From NCBI RefSeq assembly GCF_009914755.1, contig NC_060933.1: DNA of 64,000 nucleotides; one strand, 5' to 3'. Under the pieces are notes generated by a model. The model was not told the origin of the DNA, did not search any database, and worked only from the letters and a program-made list of their open reading frames with translations. This document shows positions 45,049 to 60,167 of the stretch, in pieces. Position 1 is the stretch's first letter. Each line of letters starts with the position of its first letter. The DNA comes from the human T2T-CHM13v2.0 reference genome, Homo sapiens. Made by a program: the position numbers and the translations under genes.

Positions 45049-45352
45049 AGCCAGGTGCAGTGGCTCACACCTGTAATCCTAGCACTTTGGGAGGCCCAGG
45101 CGGGTGGATCACTTGAGGTCAGGAGTTTGAAACCAGACTGGCTAACATGGTGAAACCCCATCTCTACTAAAAATAGCAAAAAAATTAGCTGGGCATGGTG
45201 GTAGGTGCCTGTAATCCCAGCTACTTGGGAAGCTGAAGCAGGAGAATCACTTGAACCTAGATGTGGTGGTTGCAGTGAGCCAAGATCACACCACTGCACT
45301 CCAGCCTGGGTGACAGAGCAAGACTCTGTCTCAAAAAAAAAAAAGAAAAAAG
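45049..45352 (+). mobile_element. AluS
   Basis: Dimeric Alu with AAATTGCA repeated on both sides. Confidence 0.93.
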
Positions 45353-45369
45353 GAAATTGCAAAAGTACA

Positions 45370-45571
45370 GGAACATGCTTTAATAAGGATTACACTGAAT
45401 CTGTAGATCACTTTGGGTAGTATGGACATTTTAACTATATTAAGTCTTCCAATCCATGTACATGGGCTGTCTTTCCAATTATTTGTTCCTTCTTTAATAT
45501 TTTTATCAATGATTTGTAGTTTTTAGTGTACAGCGTATGAGACTTTCATCTTGATTACATTTATCACTAAG
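45370..45571 (-). mobile_element. Inverted L1 ORF2 segment (5' inversion of the downstream L1MB)
   Basis: The reverse complement translates as [33 protein letters not shown]. Confidence 0.85.
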
Positions 45572-45573
45572 TA

Positions 45574-46849
45574 AAGAGGACTTTTAAAAAAAGTGTTTTT
45601 ATAAAAAACTTTACATGGATTTCAAAAATTCTTTGCACCAAAATAAATCTGTACTAACTTGTTATAACATGTCGGAACGTCTAGCTTGAGGCACTAACAA
45701 CTATAAGACACCAGTTTGAAAAGAACTGCTATCAGAGCAACATGAATTCTGCTAAAATTGAAATAAGAGCAAAGATCAAATTTACGGTGGAAGAATAGTG
45801 AAATCATTGGTGCTTTATGAAAAGTTTGTGGGGAAAATGCCCCCACAGAAATCAGCAGTTTGCAAATGGATAACTCATTTTAAGAAGAGATGAGACAATG
45901 TTGAAGATGAAGCTCACAGGGGCAGACCATCCACATCAAAATGCGAAAAAAAAATTCATTTAGTTCATACCTTAATTGAAGAGAATCAATGATTAATAGC
46001 ACAGACAACAGTCTACACCATAGACACCTCAGTTGGTTCAGCTTACACAATTCTGACCAAAAAATTAAAGTCAAGCAAACTTACCATTTGAGTGGTGCCA
46101 AAATGATTGTGCTGTGATCGGCTGTAGACAAGAACAGAGTTTTCAATGGAAATTTTAAACAAGGAGGATCAAGATCCTGAAGGATTTCTTTAAATAATTA
46201 CAACAGAAGATAAAACACTGCTTTACCAGTATGCCCCTGAAGACAAGGAACAATCAAAGCAATGACTACCAAAAGGTGAAAGTTGTCCAGCCAAAGCAAA
46301 AGCAGACCAGTCAAGAGCAAAGATCATAGCAAACTTGTTTCGGATGTTCAAGGAATTTTGCTTGTTAACTTTCTGGAGGACCAAAGAACGATAAGATTTG
46401 CATACTATGAGAGTGTTTTAAGAAAGTTAGCCAAAGCTTTAGCAGAAAAACACGCAGGAAAGCTTTGCCAGAGTCCACCTCCACCAGGACAATGCTGCTG
46501 CTCATTCCTTTAATTGAACAATGGCCATTTTGCAAGACTTTTGATGGGAAATCATTATACATCCATCTTACAGTCTCCAAATTTGGCTCCTTCTGACTTC
46601 TTTTTTTCCCCTAACCTTAAAAAGTCTTTAAAGAGAACCCATTTTTCTTCATCTAATAATGTTAAAAAGACTGCATTGATATGGCTAAACTGCCAGTATT
46701 TCCAGGTCTTTAGGGACAGACTAATTAGCTGGTATTATCATTTACAAAAGTATCTTGAACTTCATGGAGTTTATATTGAGAAATAAAGTATGTATTTTTT
46801 ATTTTTATTTTTTAATTTAATTTTTCCACAATTTTTAAAAGTCCCCTCA
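45574..46849 (+). mobile_element. HSMAR2 mariner DNA transposon, near full length, transposase decayed
   Basis: ATG at 45742 reads MNSAKIEIRAKIKF. Later pieces include SPNLAPSDFFF (mariner YSPDLAPSDF motif) and ...YIEK stop at 46786. Degenerate TIRs share GGACTTTTAAAAA. TA at 45572-45573 and 46850-46851. Confidence 0.92.
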
Positions 46850-46887
46850 TATGGCATTTATTGTGTTTAGGTAAATTCCTTTTATAC

Positions 46888-49120
46888 CCAGAAAAAAATC
46901 ATCAAATTCATATGAAACCACAAAAGATTTGAAATGGCCAAAACAATCTTAAAAAAAAAAGAAGAAAACTGGAGACACAACACCTCCTGATTTCAAAATA
47001 TAATACAAAGCTATATTAATCAAAACAGTGTGATACTGACATAAAAACAGAGATAGAGACCAATGGAACAGAATAAAGAGCCCAGAAATAAACCCAGGCA
47101 TGTACAGTCAACTGATCTTTGACAAGGGTTACACAAATACGCAATGGGGAAGAGACAGTTCTTCAACTGATGGTGTTGGCAAAACTGAATATTCACATGC
47201 AGAAGAATGAAATTGGGCCCTTAGCTTACACAATATACAAAAATCACCTCAAAATAGATTAAAAACTTAAGTGTTACACATGAAACTATGAAACTTGTAG
47301 AAGAAAACGTAGGGGAAAAGCTTTATGACATTAGGCTTGACAATGATCTGTTGGATATAATACCAAAAATAATATAAGTAACATTGGAACAAGAATCACT
47401 GAGGAGGAAAATTCCAAAAAAAAAAAAAAAAAAAAAAAAAAAACGCCAGAAGTAACAAAAGCAAAATTAGACAAGTAAAACTACATCAGACTAAAAGTCT
47501 TCTGCACAGTAAACAAAACACTCAACAGATTAAAAGGTAACCCACAGAATAGGGAAAAATATTTGCAAATCATATTTCTGATAAGGGATTAATATCCAAA
47601 ATATACAAGGAACTCCTGCAACTCAATTAAAAAATGGGCAAAATCTCAATAGACATTTTTAAATGGGCAAAAAAATTCAAAAGACATTTCTTTAAGATAT
47701 AAAAATGGCCAAAAGGTATATAAAAAATGCTTGATGTAACTAATCTTCAGGGAAATGCAAATCAAAACGGCAATGAGATATTATTTCACACTATTAAGAT
47801 GGATATTACGTTATTAGTCAGAGTTCTCTAGAGGGACAGAACTAATAGGATAGATGTATATAAAAAGGGGAGGGGTTATTAAGGAGTATTACTCACGTGA
47901 TCACAAGGTCCCACAATAGGTCCTCTGCAAGCTGAGGAACAAGGAAGCCAGTCAGAGTTCCAAAGCTGAAGAACCTGGAGTCTGATGTACCAGGGCAGAA
48001 AGCATCCAGCATGGGACAAAGATACAGGCTGGGAGGCTAAGCCAGTCTCATCTCTCCACATTCTTCTACCTGCTTTTATTCTGTTCATTCTGGCAGCTAA
48101 TTAGACAGTGCCCACCCAGATTAAGGATGGGTCTGCCTTTCCCAGCCCACGGAGTCAAATGTTAATCTCCTTTGGCAACACCCTCACAGACACACTCAGG
48201 ATCAATACTTTGCATCCTTCAATCCAATCAAGTTGATGCTAAGTATTAACCATCACAATTATAAAAAATAAAAGCAAAAGATAAATGTTGATGAAGATGT
48301 GGAGAAATTGGAACCCTTGTACCCTCTTGCTGAGAAGGCAAAACGATGCAGCCACTATAAAAAAAAGTGTGGTGGTTCCTCTAAAAATGAAAAATAGAAC
48401 TATCATGTGATTCAGCCATCCCGCTTTTGAATGTATATCCAAAAGAATGGAAATCAGGATCTTGAAGAGATATCTGCACTCCAATGTTCACTGCAGCACT
48501 ATTCAGAGTAGCCAACATACGGAAACAACCTAAGTGTCTATCAACAGATAAATGGGTAAAGAAAATGTGGTGTATATACACAATGGGATATTATGCGGCC
48601 TTTGAAAAGAAGAAAATCTTGCCATATGAGACAAGATGGATGAATCTGGAGGAAATTATGCTAAGTGAAATAAGCTAGCCATAGAAGGACAAATACTGCA
48701 TGATTCCACTTATATGTGGTATATGAAATAGTTAAACTCATAGAAACTGAGAGTAGAAGGGTAGCTGCCAGGGACTTGGAGGCAGGAGAAACAAGGCGCT
48801 GTTCAATGGGTACAATGCTTCAGTTATGCAAGATTAATAAGTTCTAGAGATTTGCTGTACAACATTGTGCCTATAGGTAACAAGGGCACATTGTATTTAG
48901 AAATTTGTTAAGATAGATCTCATGTTAAGTATTCTTACAACAAAACAAAATGAAACAAAGCAAAAAACAAAGAGGCACAGGGAAATTTTTGGAGGTGGTC
49001 GATTTATCTATTACCTTGATTATCTATTATGTGCATATGTTCAAACTCATCAAATTGTATCTGTTAAATGTGTGCAATTTTTATATATCAATTATACCTC
49101 AATAAAACTATTTTTAAAAA
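46888..49120 (+). mobile_element. L1MB-like 3' portion
   Basis: ORF 48484 (MFTAALF...KQPKCLSTDKWVKKMW) is the ORF2 C-terminus. The 3'UTR ends ...caattatacctcaataaaa. Confidence 0.85.
47810..48257 (-). mobile_element. MLT2A solo LTR (ERVL) inside the L1MB
   Basis: tattagtcagagttctctagagggacagaactaatagga...aatccaatcaagttga...attaaccatcaca. Confidence 0.88.
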
Positions 49121-50530
49121 GATGGACAGAATAATATGTAATTTTTAAAAACAAAAAACCAACACAATTGTTTATTTGTACATCTGTGGTAAAAATAAAA
49201 GGATAGATGAAAAAGATACATACCAATTTCAATTCACCAATTACCTCAAGGGCTTCCAGGCTGCTAGCAGGCTATTGTTTTATTTCAGACAAGAGGCAGG
49301 CTTTAAAGGAATCGTCTGCATGAAGGCTTTGAAGAAGATGCTCCTGACTGGAGAGACACTGAAGGGACAGGCTTCCAAATACACACATGCACACATCGTG
49401 CAAGCATGTAGCTATTAACAACAAAGGAATCCTTCTCCTAGCACTTTGTTTTATTTCTGGAGCTAATGGTCCAGCTGGATCTGAAAGGATGAGGGATTCA
49501 GGTCCCCTAACTTTACAAGGGCTTATACTCAAATCATGTGCTTCAGTGAATCTATTTGCGCAAACATTTCCCATCCTCCATATTCAAGGCTATTGTGTGT
49601 AGATATGGAAACTTCAGGGTAAAAATTCTACTAATTATATTATCATTTCCACATTTGTCCACTAAATTCAGACAGGAAATCAGAATAAACTGACAGCTTC
49701 CATTCCACTCTGCCTTCACAACTGAAAATCAAACAGGCAAATGCTTGCATTTGGACACAGCTTCAAATGCTAGCATTAACTAGACATAAGAATTTTGCAC
49801 ATGCATTAAAAACATGAAAAAATCATCAGGAATCCTTTTCAGGAATCCTTTTTATCTCCACCTTTTACAGAAAAGGGGAAGATGCACCAAAGGCAACATA
49901 AAGAATTTAATTTTCAGATGTTTTCCATTTTAACAATCTGTGTGGGACTTGAGAGTGATTTAGTAATTTCAAAGCTTAGCACCAGCAGCAATTTTATTTT
50001 TCCAAGCATAACTCAAGGAGTTGGGAGTCTTTGCTTACTGACCTTAATTTTTTAAAATGTGACTCTAGAAAAATGTCCTAACTCCAGCTTTCTCAAAAGA
50101 CATTTTGCATGATGAAAAATAAAAATAAAATCAGTTTTCGCACAAAAACATCATGGCAACTTAGCCTAAGTTAGAACACAATGAAATTAACAAAATAAAA
50201 CCACAGGCAAAGATGCGTTCCACACATTAGGAGTAAATTTCACAATTCTACTAACAAAATCACAGACTGTTTGGAAAGCTGAAGCTGAAGCCACACACTG
50301 GTTGTGCCTCACAGAAATATGCTGATCCCTTCAACGAGGGTTACTGAACCTAAGTGTAGGCCAAGTGCTGAGTAGGACCTAGTGCCTGCTCTCAAAAACT
50401 TTACAGTCTAGTTGGAGAAGATAAGAATACATAGAAATATTATACATTGAGATATGATTGAGGACAGCAAATTATTATTGAACATATACACTCTTATGTA
50501 CGTTTTTATTTACATGCATTAACTCATTTA

Positions 50531-52217
<1,687 letters not shown>

Positions 52218-54324
52218 ATTAACTCATTTAACCCTGACAACAACCCTACTACCTTGAGTGGATCTAGGGACTTAAATAATAGCATCAGTTCTTTCTCTCT
52301 CTATCAGCAAGCTCTGTCTCCACATTACTTTGCATATTAACCTTATTTGCTCCTAGTGTAACACAGGCTTTTTCATGGGAAAGAAGAATAGCAGCAATGT
52401 AGGCCTGCATACCTATGACTTGTGAACCAAAAAGAAGAGAGTCATCGTTCATAACAGTTTTAGCAAAAAAAAAAAAAAAAAAAAAAGACAGAACAACAGG
52501 GGAAGGAGTGGGGGCTTTGGATGTGGACACATCAGAATCACATGGGGTGGGAAAAGATTTTAGAAATGGTAGCAGGGAAGAGGGATAGGAAAGCTGGTCA
52601 GGCACCATAACATATGTCTAATTCAATCTTTGAGGCAAGAGGGAGCTACCAAAGGGTTTTGAGTAGGGGAGAGACATAGCACTAATCACTCAGACAGTGA
52701 GTGAACCTTACCCCCAGCCCAGAATCTACAGCTCACCAGAGCTTTGCTATTCTCATCTAATGCATGATCTTCATTAATCTTCAAAACGAACATTTGAAGA
52801 AAGTACTCTTTCCCCCACTTTAAAGGTGAAGAAATTAAATGGTATCTTGAGAGACTTGTAAATGTCAAGTGTCTAATGTATGATAACCATTACGAGTAGT
52901 TCTCTAAAGATTTGTGAATGAATAGGTTGAATACTAATATCTATTACATTTCTGGCCTTATGTTAAGTACTGATTAGGGTGGAGAAAGTGATATACATTA
53001 TGTGGCCCTCACTCCCAAAGAACCTGCAGTGCTGTTGAGGAGATAAGATTTATACACTAACACCTGCCACACAAAATAGAGAATAATACCAGGTAATAAA
53101 TACAAATTATACCAAGAGATTTGTTGGCCAAGTAGGGTCTCTCTGAGGAGGTGACACTTTATCAAAACCCTGGATAAAGTGAAGATTCTGGGGATGAGGA
53201 AAGCCCAGGCAGTTAGCTGCTAAAAGGAGACTTAGAGATTTTCCAATTTAAATTATGGGTTTTGAATATTTTTTAAGCATTGAAATCATTTTGTAAATAA
53301 ACATTTTGGTAGTATCCTAACACATAAAACAGAAATAAGTAGATCTCTTTGTTTGGAAAGTAGCGGTGGAGGACCAAGTGTCCCCGGCTCTTGGATTTTT
53401 GCATTCTGCAATTCAGGGCACCTCCTAGAATCTCCAAGATCCCAAGTAACACTGTCTGGGGGAAAAAAGTGTTTAAATATGAAATCCTTATTTGACAGAT
53501 GGGTAAACCAAGACCAAGAGACTAAGTCACTTGCCTTAGAAATCACAGCTACTTAGTAGTGGTTCTGAGTACAGAACTCGTATCTCCTCCCTCAGAAAAT
53601 AAGACTCTTTCTACCACACTCCATTCCTTCATTCCATAAGTATCTATTAACCTCCAACAATGCCTCAGGCACCAGCTTCATCACTGAAGAAAATGCAATG
53701 AGAAAAAAAAACAACATGCCACTGGCCTTATGCTGTATTCATTTCCTATATTAAAAAATAAGCACAAAACTAAATACTTAATTATGAATTGTGGTAAGTC
53801 CAACAAATAAATGTGCCCTAAAGCATCGTAATATGCCCTTCATAAGACTAGGAACAGAAAAGAGATTTATCACATGGGCTATAGGAAGGTTTTGTCTTAA
53901 GAATTTACATTCTTAGTAATAAGCCTCCCCCACGTGACATATGTTGACTCTTTGTATTTTAATAAAGACTTTTCATGATTGAATTCATGCTCACACATCT
54001 GCTTTGTCCATCAGACTGAAAAGACTTTAACTTAAATCTAGCCACCAAGTCAGGTGCATTGATTTGAATAAATGCTGTGTACTGAAACGCCTTTCTTTTC
54101 CTGCAGTATTTACCCAGCATCTAACTATTGACATTTTTCTCTACTTAACATATATGGAGATGACCCTTCTCTCCTCCTTTCCTTAGGGAGTACACACTTT
54201 GCAATTGGAAGGAAAATTACATTCTTCAGTCAGATTGAAAATCAATGACATCGCTGGTCACAATCCCCAGGGAGTTTCTCAAGGAGAAAAGACAGTCTTA
54301 AGAATTCCACAAGAAGAAATTGGA

Positions 54325-54900
54325 ACATCGTGCATTATTAGTGGGATTATAAAATGGTGATACTTCTGTGGAAAATAGTATGGAAATTCTTCAAAAAATT
54401 AAAAATAAAACTATCATATAATCCAGCCATCCCACTTCTGGGCATATAGCCAAAAGAATTAAAAGCAGTCTTGAAGTGATATTTTAACACCCATGCTCAT
54501 CAGAACATTCGTCACAATAGCCAAGACATGGAAGCAACGTAAACATCCACAGATGGACAAATGGATTAACAAATGTGATTTATTCATGCAATGGAATATT
54601 ATTCACCCTTTAGAAGAAAGGGAAGTCTTGCATATGCTACAATGTGGGAGAACCTTGAGGATATTATGCTAAATGAAATAAGTCAGTCACAAAAAGACAA
54701 ATACTGTTTGATTCCATTTATATGAAGTGTCTAAAGTAGTCAAATTTATAGAAACCGAAAGTAGAATGGTGGTTACCGGGACTGGTGGGAGGCAGAGAGG
54801 GGTGTTGCTTAATGGGTATGGAATTTCAGCTTCTGCAAGATGAAAAAGTTCTGGAGATCTATTTCACAACAGTATGAATATACTTAACAAGCCTGAAATC
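54325..54900 (+). mobile_element. L1MB-like 3' fragment
   Basis: atccagccatcccacttctgggcatata...gctaaatgaaataagtcagtcacaaaaagacaaatact...gatgaaaaagttctggagat. Confidence 0.82.
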
Positions 54901-55135
54901 ACTTAGGATCTGGCATTATTTGAAGAATGACCAGCTATGCAATGAACTTTATCCTTGTTTCTTTAAAAACATGTCTTTACTTACAAGTACAGTTATGATA
55001 GGTTCCCAACTTACAGTCAACTCACTCAACCAAATATGTTTGAGGTAGGGGGTGGGAGTATGATAAAAAATGCTTTTTTCTAAAAGTTTCTTTGTTCAGA
55101 GTTTCAAATTATCTCTCATTACTTCTAGATCTCAA

Positions 55136-55414
55136 AGATGGGGTCTCACTCTGTCGCCCAGGCTGGAGTACAGTGGCGCGATCTCAGCTCACTGCAACCT
55201 CCGCCTCCCATGTTCAAGCCTCAGCCTGCCTCAGCCTCCTGAGTAGCTGGGACTACAGGTATGTGCTGCCACACCCAGCTAATTTTTGTATTTTTTAGTA
55301 GAGATGGGGTTTCACCATATTGGCCGGGCTGGTCTTCAACTACTGACCTTGTGATCTGCCCGCCTGGACCTCCCAAAGTGCTGGGATTACAGGCGTGAGC
55401 CACTGCACTGGGCC
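55136..55414 (-). mobile_element. AluS with no A-tail
   Basis: Complete antisense body preceded directly by non-T sequence. Confidence 0.92.
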
Positions 55415-58400
55415 TAATTAAATATTTTTTTAAATAGATGACACTTCCCCATGTCTAGGAATCTTTTGGAGGTCTTCTCTGGAATTATATCAAAAATACT
55501 TCTCAAACTTTTTGTTCATAAAGTGGACTTGGCTCTAAACAGAAAGTAAAAGACAACTATAAGGCGGCTTCTCTAGAGTCTACAGACCCTTTCTCTAATT
55601 TTTTAGCTATAAGCAGTTGACCTTACATATTTTATTTCACCTTTTAACTTCATGACTAAGTTTTCCCGTATGAAATGGGGGTGAAAAAAGAATATACAAT
55701 TTCAGAAAGCCACACCAGCACTTCAGACACAAATTATATACACTAAACCTTGTTCACAAGAGGCTGCAAAAATTTAGTTAAGCCTTTCTTTAATTTCTGC
55801 ACTGTATACTTCTGTGTTTTGCACAGCCCATTTAGTACACTATGCTTTTAATGTTATCTATTTTTTAGCCCAATAATTCATAGGAATTATATAAACTATG
55901 TAACTTCAATTGTATGACACTTCTCACTGCATCTTGCCCTGGTAAGCATGTAAGAAATGGCATTGATGATGGTGCAATTTGGGTTCATGCTCTAAACAAT
56001 GTCACAGAAGTATCTGAGCTCTCTTTGCTGGCATCAGTAAAAATGTAGTTAGGAAATAAACTCTGGAAGCCACACTAGACAACCACTGAAGACACACTGG
56101 AGATGGCTAAGCAGAAGCACAGGTGCCATTGAAAAGACATGGTCTAAGTGGACTGATCACTTTGGGCTGCTTTTCTTTGCTTTTATTCTATAGCATTAAG
56201 TCAATTCATTCATTCATCTAACATTTATTAAACACTAAGCATATGTTAACCACTACTTTGGTGCTGGAAGTAAAACAATGAATATAATGTATACAATGAA
56301 CTATTAAAAGCCTGGGATTTTACCCTACTTGCAAGCTAACAAATTAGCTTGCCACATTTACTTGAATGCTGGCAGAAGACACAAAACTTGTGAGTTTGAG
56401 ACAAAGAACAGTTTATCACGCGTAGCAATAGTAGCAGTAACCAGTGTATTAACATTTGCACCACTTACCTAAAATTCAACCACAGGACAATGTAAGGAAG
56501 GTCATATAATACCTGCATCTGCAGTAGTACGCATTATAAGATACCATGGGAGGATCAAGGATGGGCTAAGAGAAACATTCAGAGAAGGCTTCTCCGAGGA
56601 CATAAATGCCAGGGCTGATGCTACAAGGAGGAATAGGAAGGAGCAGATACAGAAAACCAGATGGGTCATTTTAACCAGCAGTCTTTCTAAGACCACAGGC
56701 ATGGGTATGTGAGTAGTTTGCTACAAGTAGAAAAATCACAAGCTGGGAGTCACTGAAGCTTAAAGCAGAAGGCCAAGGGTAAAGGAAGATGAAGTGAGAT
56801 AGGCAAGCAAGACCTAGAGTTTGGAGAGCCTTTGATATCTTGCCAAAGAGCTTAGTCTTTTCCCTGTTGGCATTGGAGAGCCACTGGACGTCATAAGCAA
56901 ATAGGTTTGCACTGGATAGATAATGCTAAACAGAAAGGCATCCATGTCTTTGGCATATTGCTGTGACTCTGATATGATATAGCAAGTCCCCAGCAATCTC
57001 CAGCAACCTCTGATAACACACAGCAAACGATGTGTGTGGTTGCCATCAACCATCCTTGTGCATTCTTTGATAATTCAGTAGGGCTGTTTGCACTTCTGAG
57101 TCCTGACAAGTGTGCTCTCACTCTCACATTCACCCTATGTCTCCAACAGTGTACCAGAGCTGTGTTTCTTGCAGCATACTTACCAACCCCCACTGTCTTC
57201 AGAGTAGTTTTATCTTGTTCCCTGGGGTTTTAACAGTCACTGATAAAGATATCTAATTCAGCATTTTTCTATAATCTAATTTCCTCCTCTGACAAATGCT
57301 GTCACTGAAAAATGATGGAGAATTTCCTGACGCCTTCTGTTTTCCTTACTGAGGCCCCTCTAGAGCATTTTGGCATGTGTTATTGATGGGGCCCCTGAAT
57401 ACTGGGAAGAGTGCTGATACCACAGTTTCTAATCATGGATAGAAACTAAGGCCTGGGTAGGGGGTCTTTTTAATCATCTATTTCCAAGAAATGGGAACGT
57501 AAATTTTTTTAGAATTCTTCGACTTAGATCCAGTGGGTCCTTTAATTAGACATCACCAGAAGTTGTTTGGACATAAAATATACCCTAGATACTTTGTCAT
57601 CACTAAATGTTACAAAATGGCACCTAGATCTGTCACAACTCTAATTATGAGGGATCAAAAAGGCCTGACTTGATCTCAGAAACTTCAGCCTCCCAAAATT
57701 TCAAGACCAAAATTTATTCTGCAGGGCACTCCTTCCATGACACATTGAACCAGCATCCTTTTAGCAAAGTAAATGCTCAGTACTATAGCCAATGGAGTAG
57801 GAATTTATTACCTATCTTGTCCATGCTTTTCCATTGATCTGTTATTTTGCTCAACTTATGCCACCATATCTTGGAACCAAGCAGGTATTTGTCAAGGATT
57901 TTTGTCTTCTTAAGTAGAGAATCCTCTAGAAATTGACTTTTCAGTATCATCAGTAGAAATATTAAGCATATTGTAACCCTGGGTTCTTAGGGTGGCCCTT
58001 AGGATTTTAAAACCATAAACTGCATCATCCAATAGACAGCAGCACATCATCTGTAACCTCTGAAGTGATGATCAAATGTTACTAGATCAGTACATGAAGA
58101 GAGGAATGTGAGTGATCTAACCTACTCCAACATGGCTGATCTCAAATGAGTATTAATTACTCCAATTATTGCAAATTGCATATGTAATGCAATATTTCGT
58201 AGCCTTTTTCAATTTCCAAAGCTATTTCATAAACATTAACTTGTTTGATTATTATAAAACACTATGATTTTGGCATGACTGTGTTCATCTCACCCACAGA
58301 AGAATCAAAGACTTGTAGCTGCATTTTTGCAGCAAGAGGCTGCCTCTAAGGCTTGTATTCATAGAACATATTCACGGAGTTTCAAGGGATATTAGTGATG

Positions 58401-59431
58401 AACTGGCCATGGCTGAACTGGCCATTGGTCTTCTTTTTACAGAAGAGAAATTCAAAACCCAGAAATGTGCCCCAGTTCCCAGAGGTAAGGGTGGGATTAA
58501 ACATAAGCTCAGGTCCTTTTTTTCCAAGCCAGCATTCCATGTTACGTGGCTTGTGTCTTTGCAATGTATTTCATAATTTCTAATTTCCCTGTGGTAGGGA
58601 GAAACCTACCAATCTTAGCATTTTCATCTGAAGTGATGTCAAGTCTTCAGTGTGTCAGGGTGTCCCTAATGCTCTAATCTGCTGGATCATGGGACAGCTT
58701 AACAACATTGCACAGCCCAGATCTAACAAGGCCCTGTTGTTGACTCTCAGGTGCAAGCCTATCTTCAGCATAAAATGTCATTTGTTCACAAACGAAGAAC
58801 CTGCAAGAAAGTTAATATTTTGAATTCAGATCAGTTCCATATAATACATCTGTAAAAGAACAATGGAGTAGCTTGGTCATGCATGGAATCATGGGTAGCA
58901 GTAGTGGTATAGAGTCTGAGGCTCTGGGATTGAAGGAAGCCTTGGCATTTACAAGTTGTGTGACCTTGGAGAAGTGGGCTCATCTTTCAGAACCTCAGTT
59001 ACTTGTGGATAAAATGAGGGTTTTTCTTTTAGACATCTCCAGGAGTTGACATAAATTTTAAATGGAATAATATTTTCAACGATAAATGTTAATTATTGAA
59101 GTTAATCATATTATTTATGTAGAAAATAGGACACTTCTGAAAATTTGAGCATAGCAAAATTTTTTCCACGTTGCAGATTCAAAATGTCCTCTAGAAAGAA
59201 TACCAATTCTGGGGTTTTTAAAAAAACATATTTTGAGGTATAATATGTATAAAGTGCATAAAACACATTAATTAAGGGTAGAGCTTGATGAATTTACACA
59301 TTCATTTACACTCATGTAACCAACCTCCAGATCAAGATATAGGACATTTTCTGCACCCCAAAAGTTTTCCTCATTTCCATGTCCAGTCAATACTCTCCGC
59401 CAGCACTCGGAGTTGAGCACTATTTCAGCCC

Positions 59432-59653
59432 CACTCCTGGTTCTCAGGCCTCTGGACTAAAACTGGAACTTACACTATCATCTCCTCTGTTTCTTAGGAC
59501 TTCAGATTTGGACTGGACCCACACCACTGGTTCTCATGGGCCTCCAGCTTGCAGAGAGCAGATCATGAGACTCCTCAGTTTCCATAATTGCATGGGCCAA
59601 ACCCTCAGGATAAATCTTTTTCTATATATCTATATGTCATCTATTGATTCTGT
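59432..59653 (+). repeat. 222-bp MLT2 fragment, direct repeat of 60434-60655
   Basis: Gapless manual alignment, about 35 mismatches in 222 nt. Confidence 0.9.
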
Positions 59654-59887
59654 AGATGAGTTTTGTTTTTCTTGAACTTTGTATACATGGAATAATATAG
59701 TTTATATTGTCATTTGTTTGTGAAATTTATCCATGTCTTTCACATACAAATAGTTTCTTCATTATGACTGCATATTATTGCATGAATATTAAATAAATTA
59801 TTTATCCATTCTCTGTTAGTGGACATTTGGATTGTTTCTAGTTTGGGGCCATTATGAATAAAGTTGCTATGGACATTCTTGTGTATA

Positions 59888-59975
59888 TCTTTAGGTGGAC
59901 CTGTGTACTAATTTCTCTTTAGGTGGACCTATGTACTAATTTCTCTTTAGGTGGACCTATGTACTAATTTCTCTT
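59888..59975. repeat. 28-bp tandem repeat, 3 copies
   Basis: Unit TCTTTAGGTGGACCT(G/A)TGTACTAATTTC. Confidence 0.97.
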
Positions 59976-60167
59976 CCGTATATTTTCAGGTCTGAAATTG
60001 CTATATCATAAACTGTTGTATGTTTTAGCCACAGCATTTTGAAACAGAGTTTTAAGTAACAGCATTAACTTCCAAGTCCAGTCAACCCTAGCCTGACTAA
60101 ATCTGTGGATTTATTAGAGTCAATAAGCCAATAAATATTGGTTTAACACCTGCTATGTGTCAGGAAT

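Larger units (their letters stand above)
59225..60020 (-). mobile_element. L1M 3' fragment carrying an MLT2-derived insert and a 28-bp triplication
   Basis: Antisense L1 motifs (cagatcaagatataggacattt; ggacatttggattgtttctagtttggggccattatgaataaag). Confidence 0.8.

Noticed and set aside
45742-46786. Domesticated mariner transposase
   Set aside because: Multiple stops and frameshifts; only fragments of 90 aa or less remain.
59888-59975. CRISPR-like array (28-bp repeats)
   Set aside because: The units are directly adjacent with no spacers, in a primate genome inside an L1.
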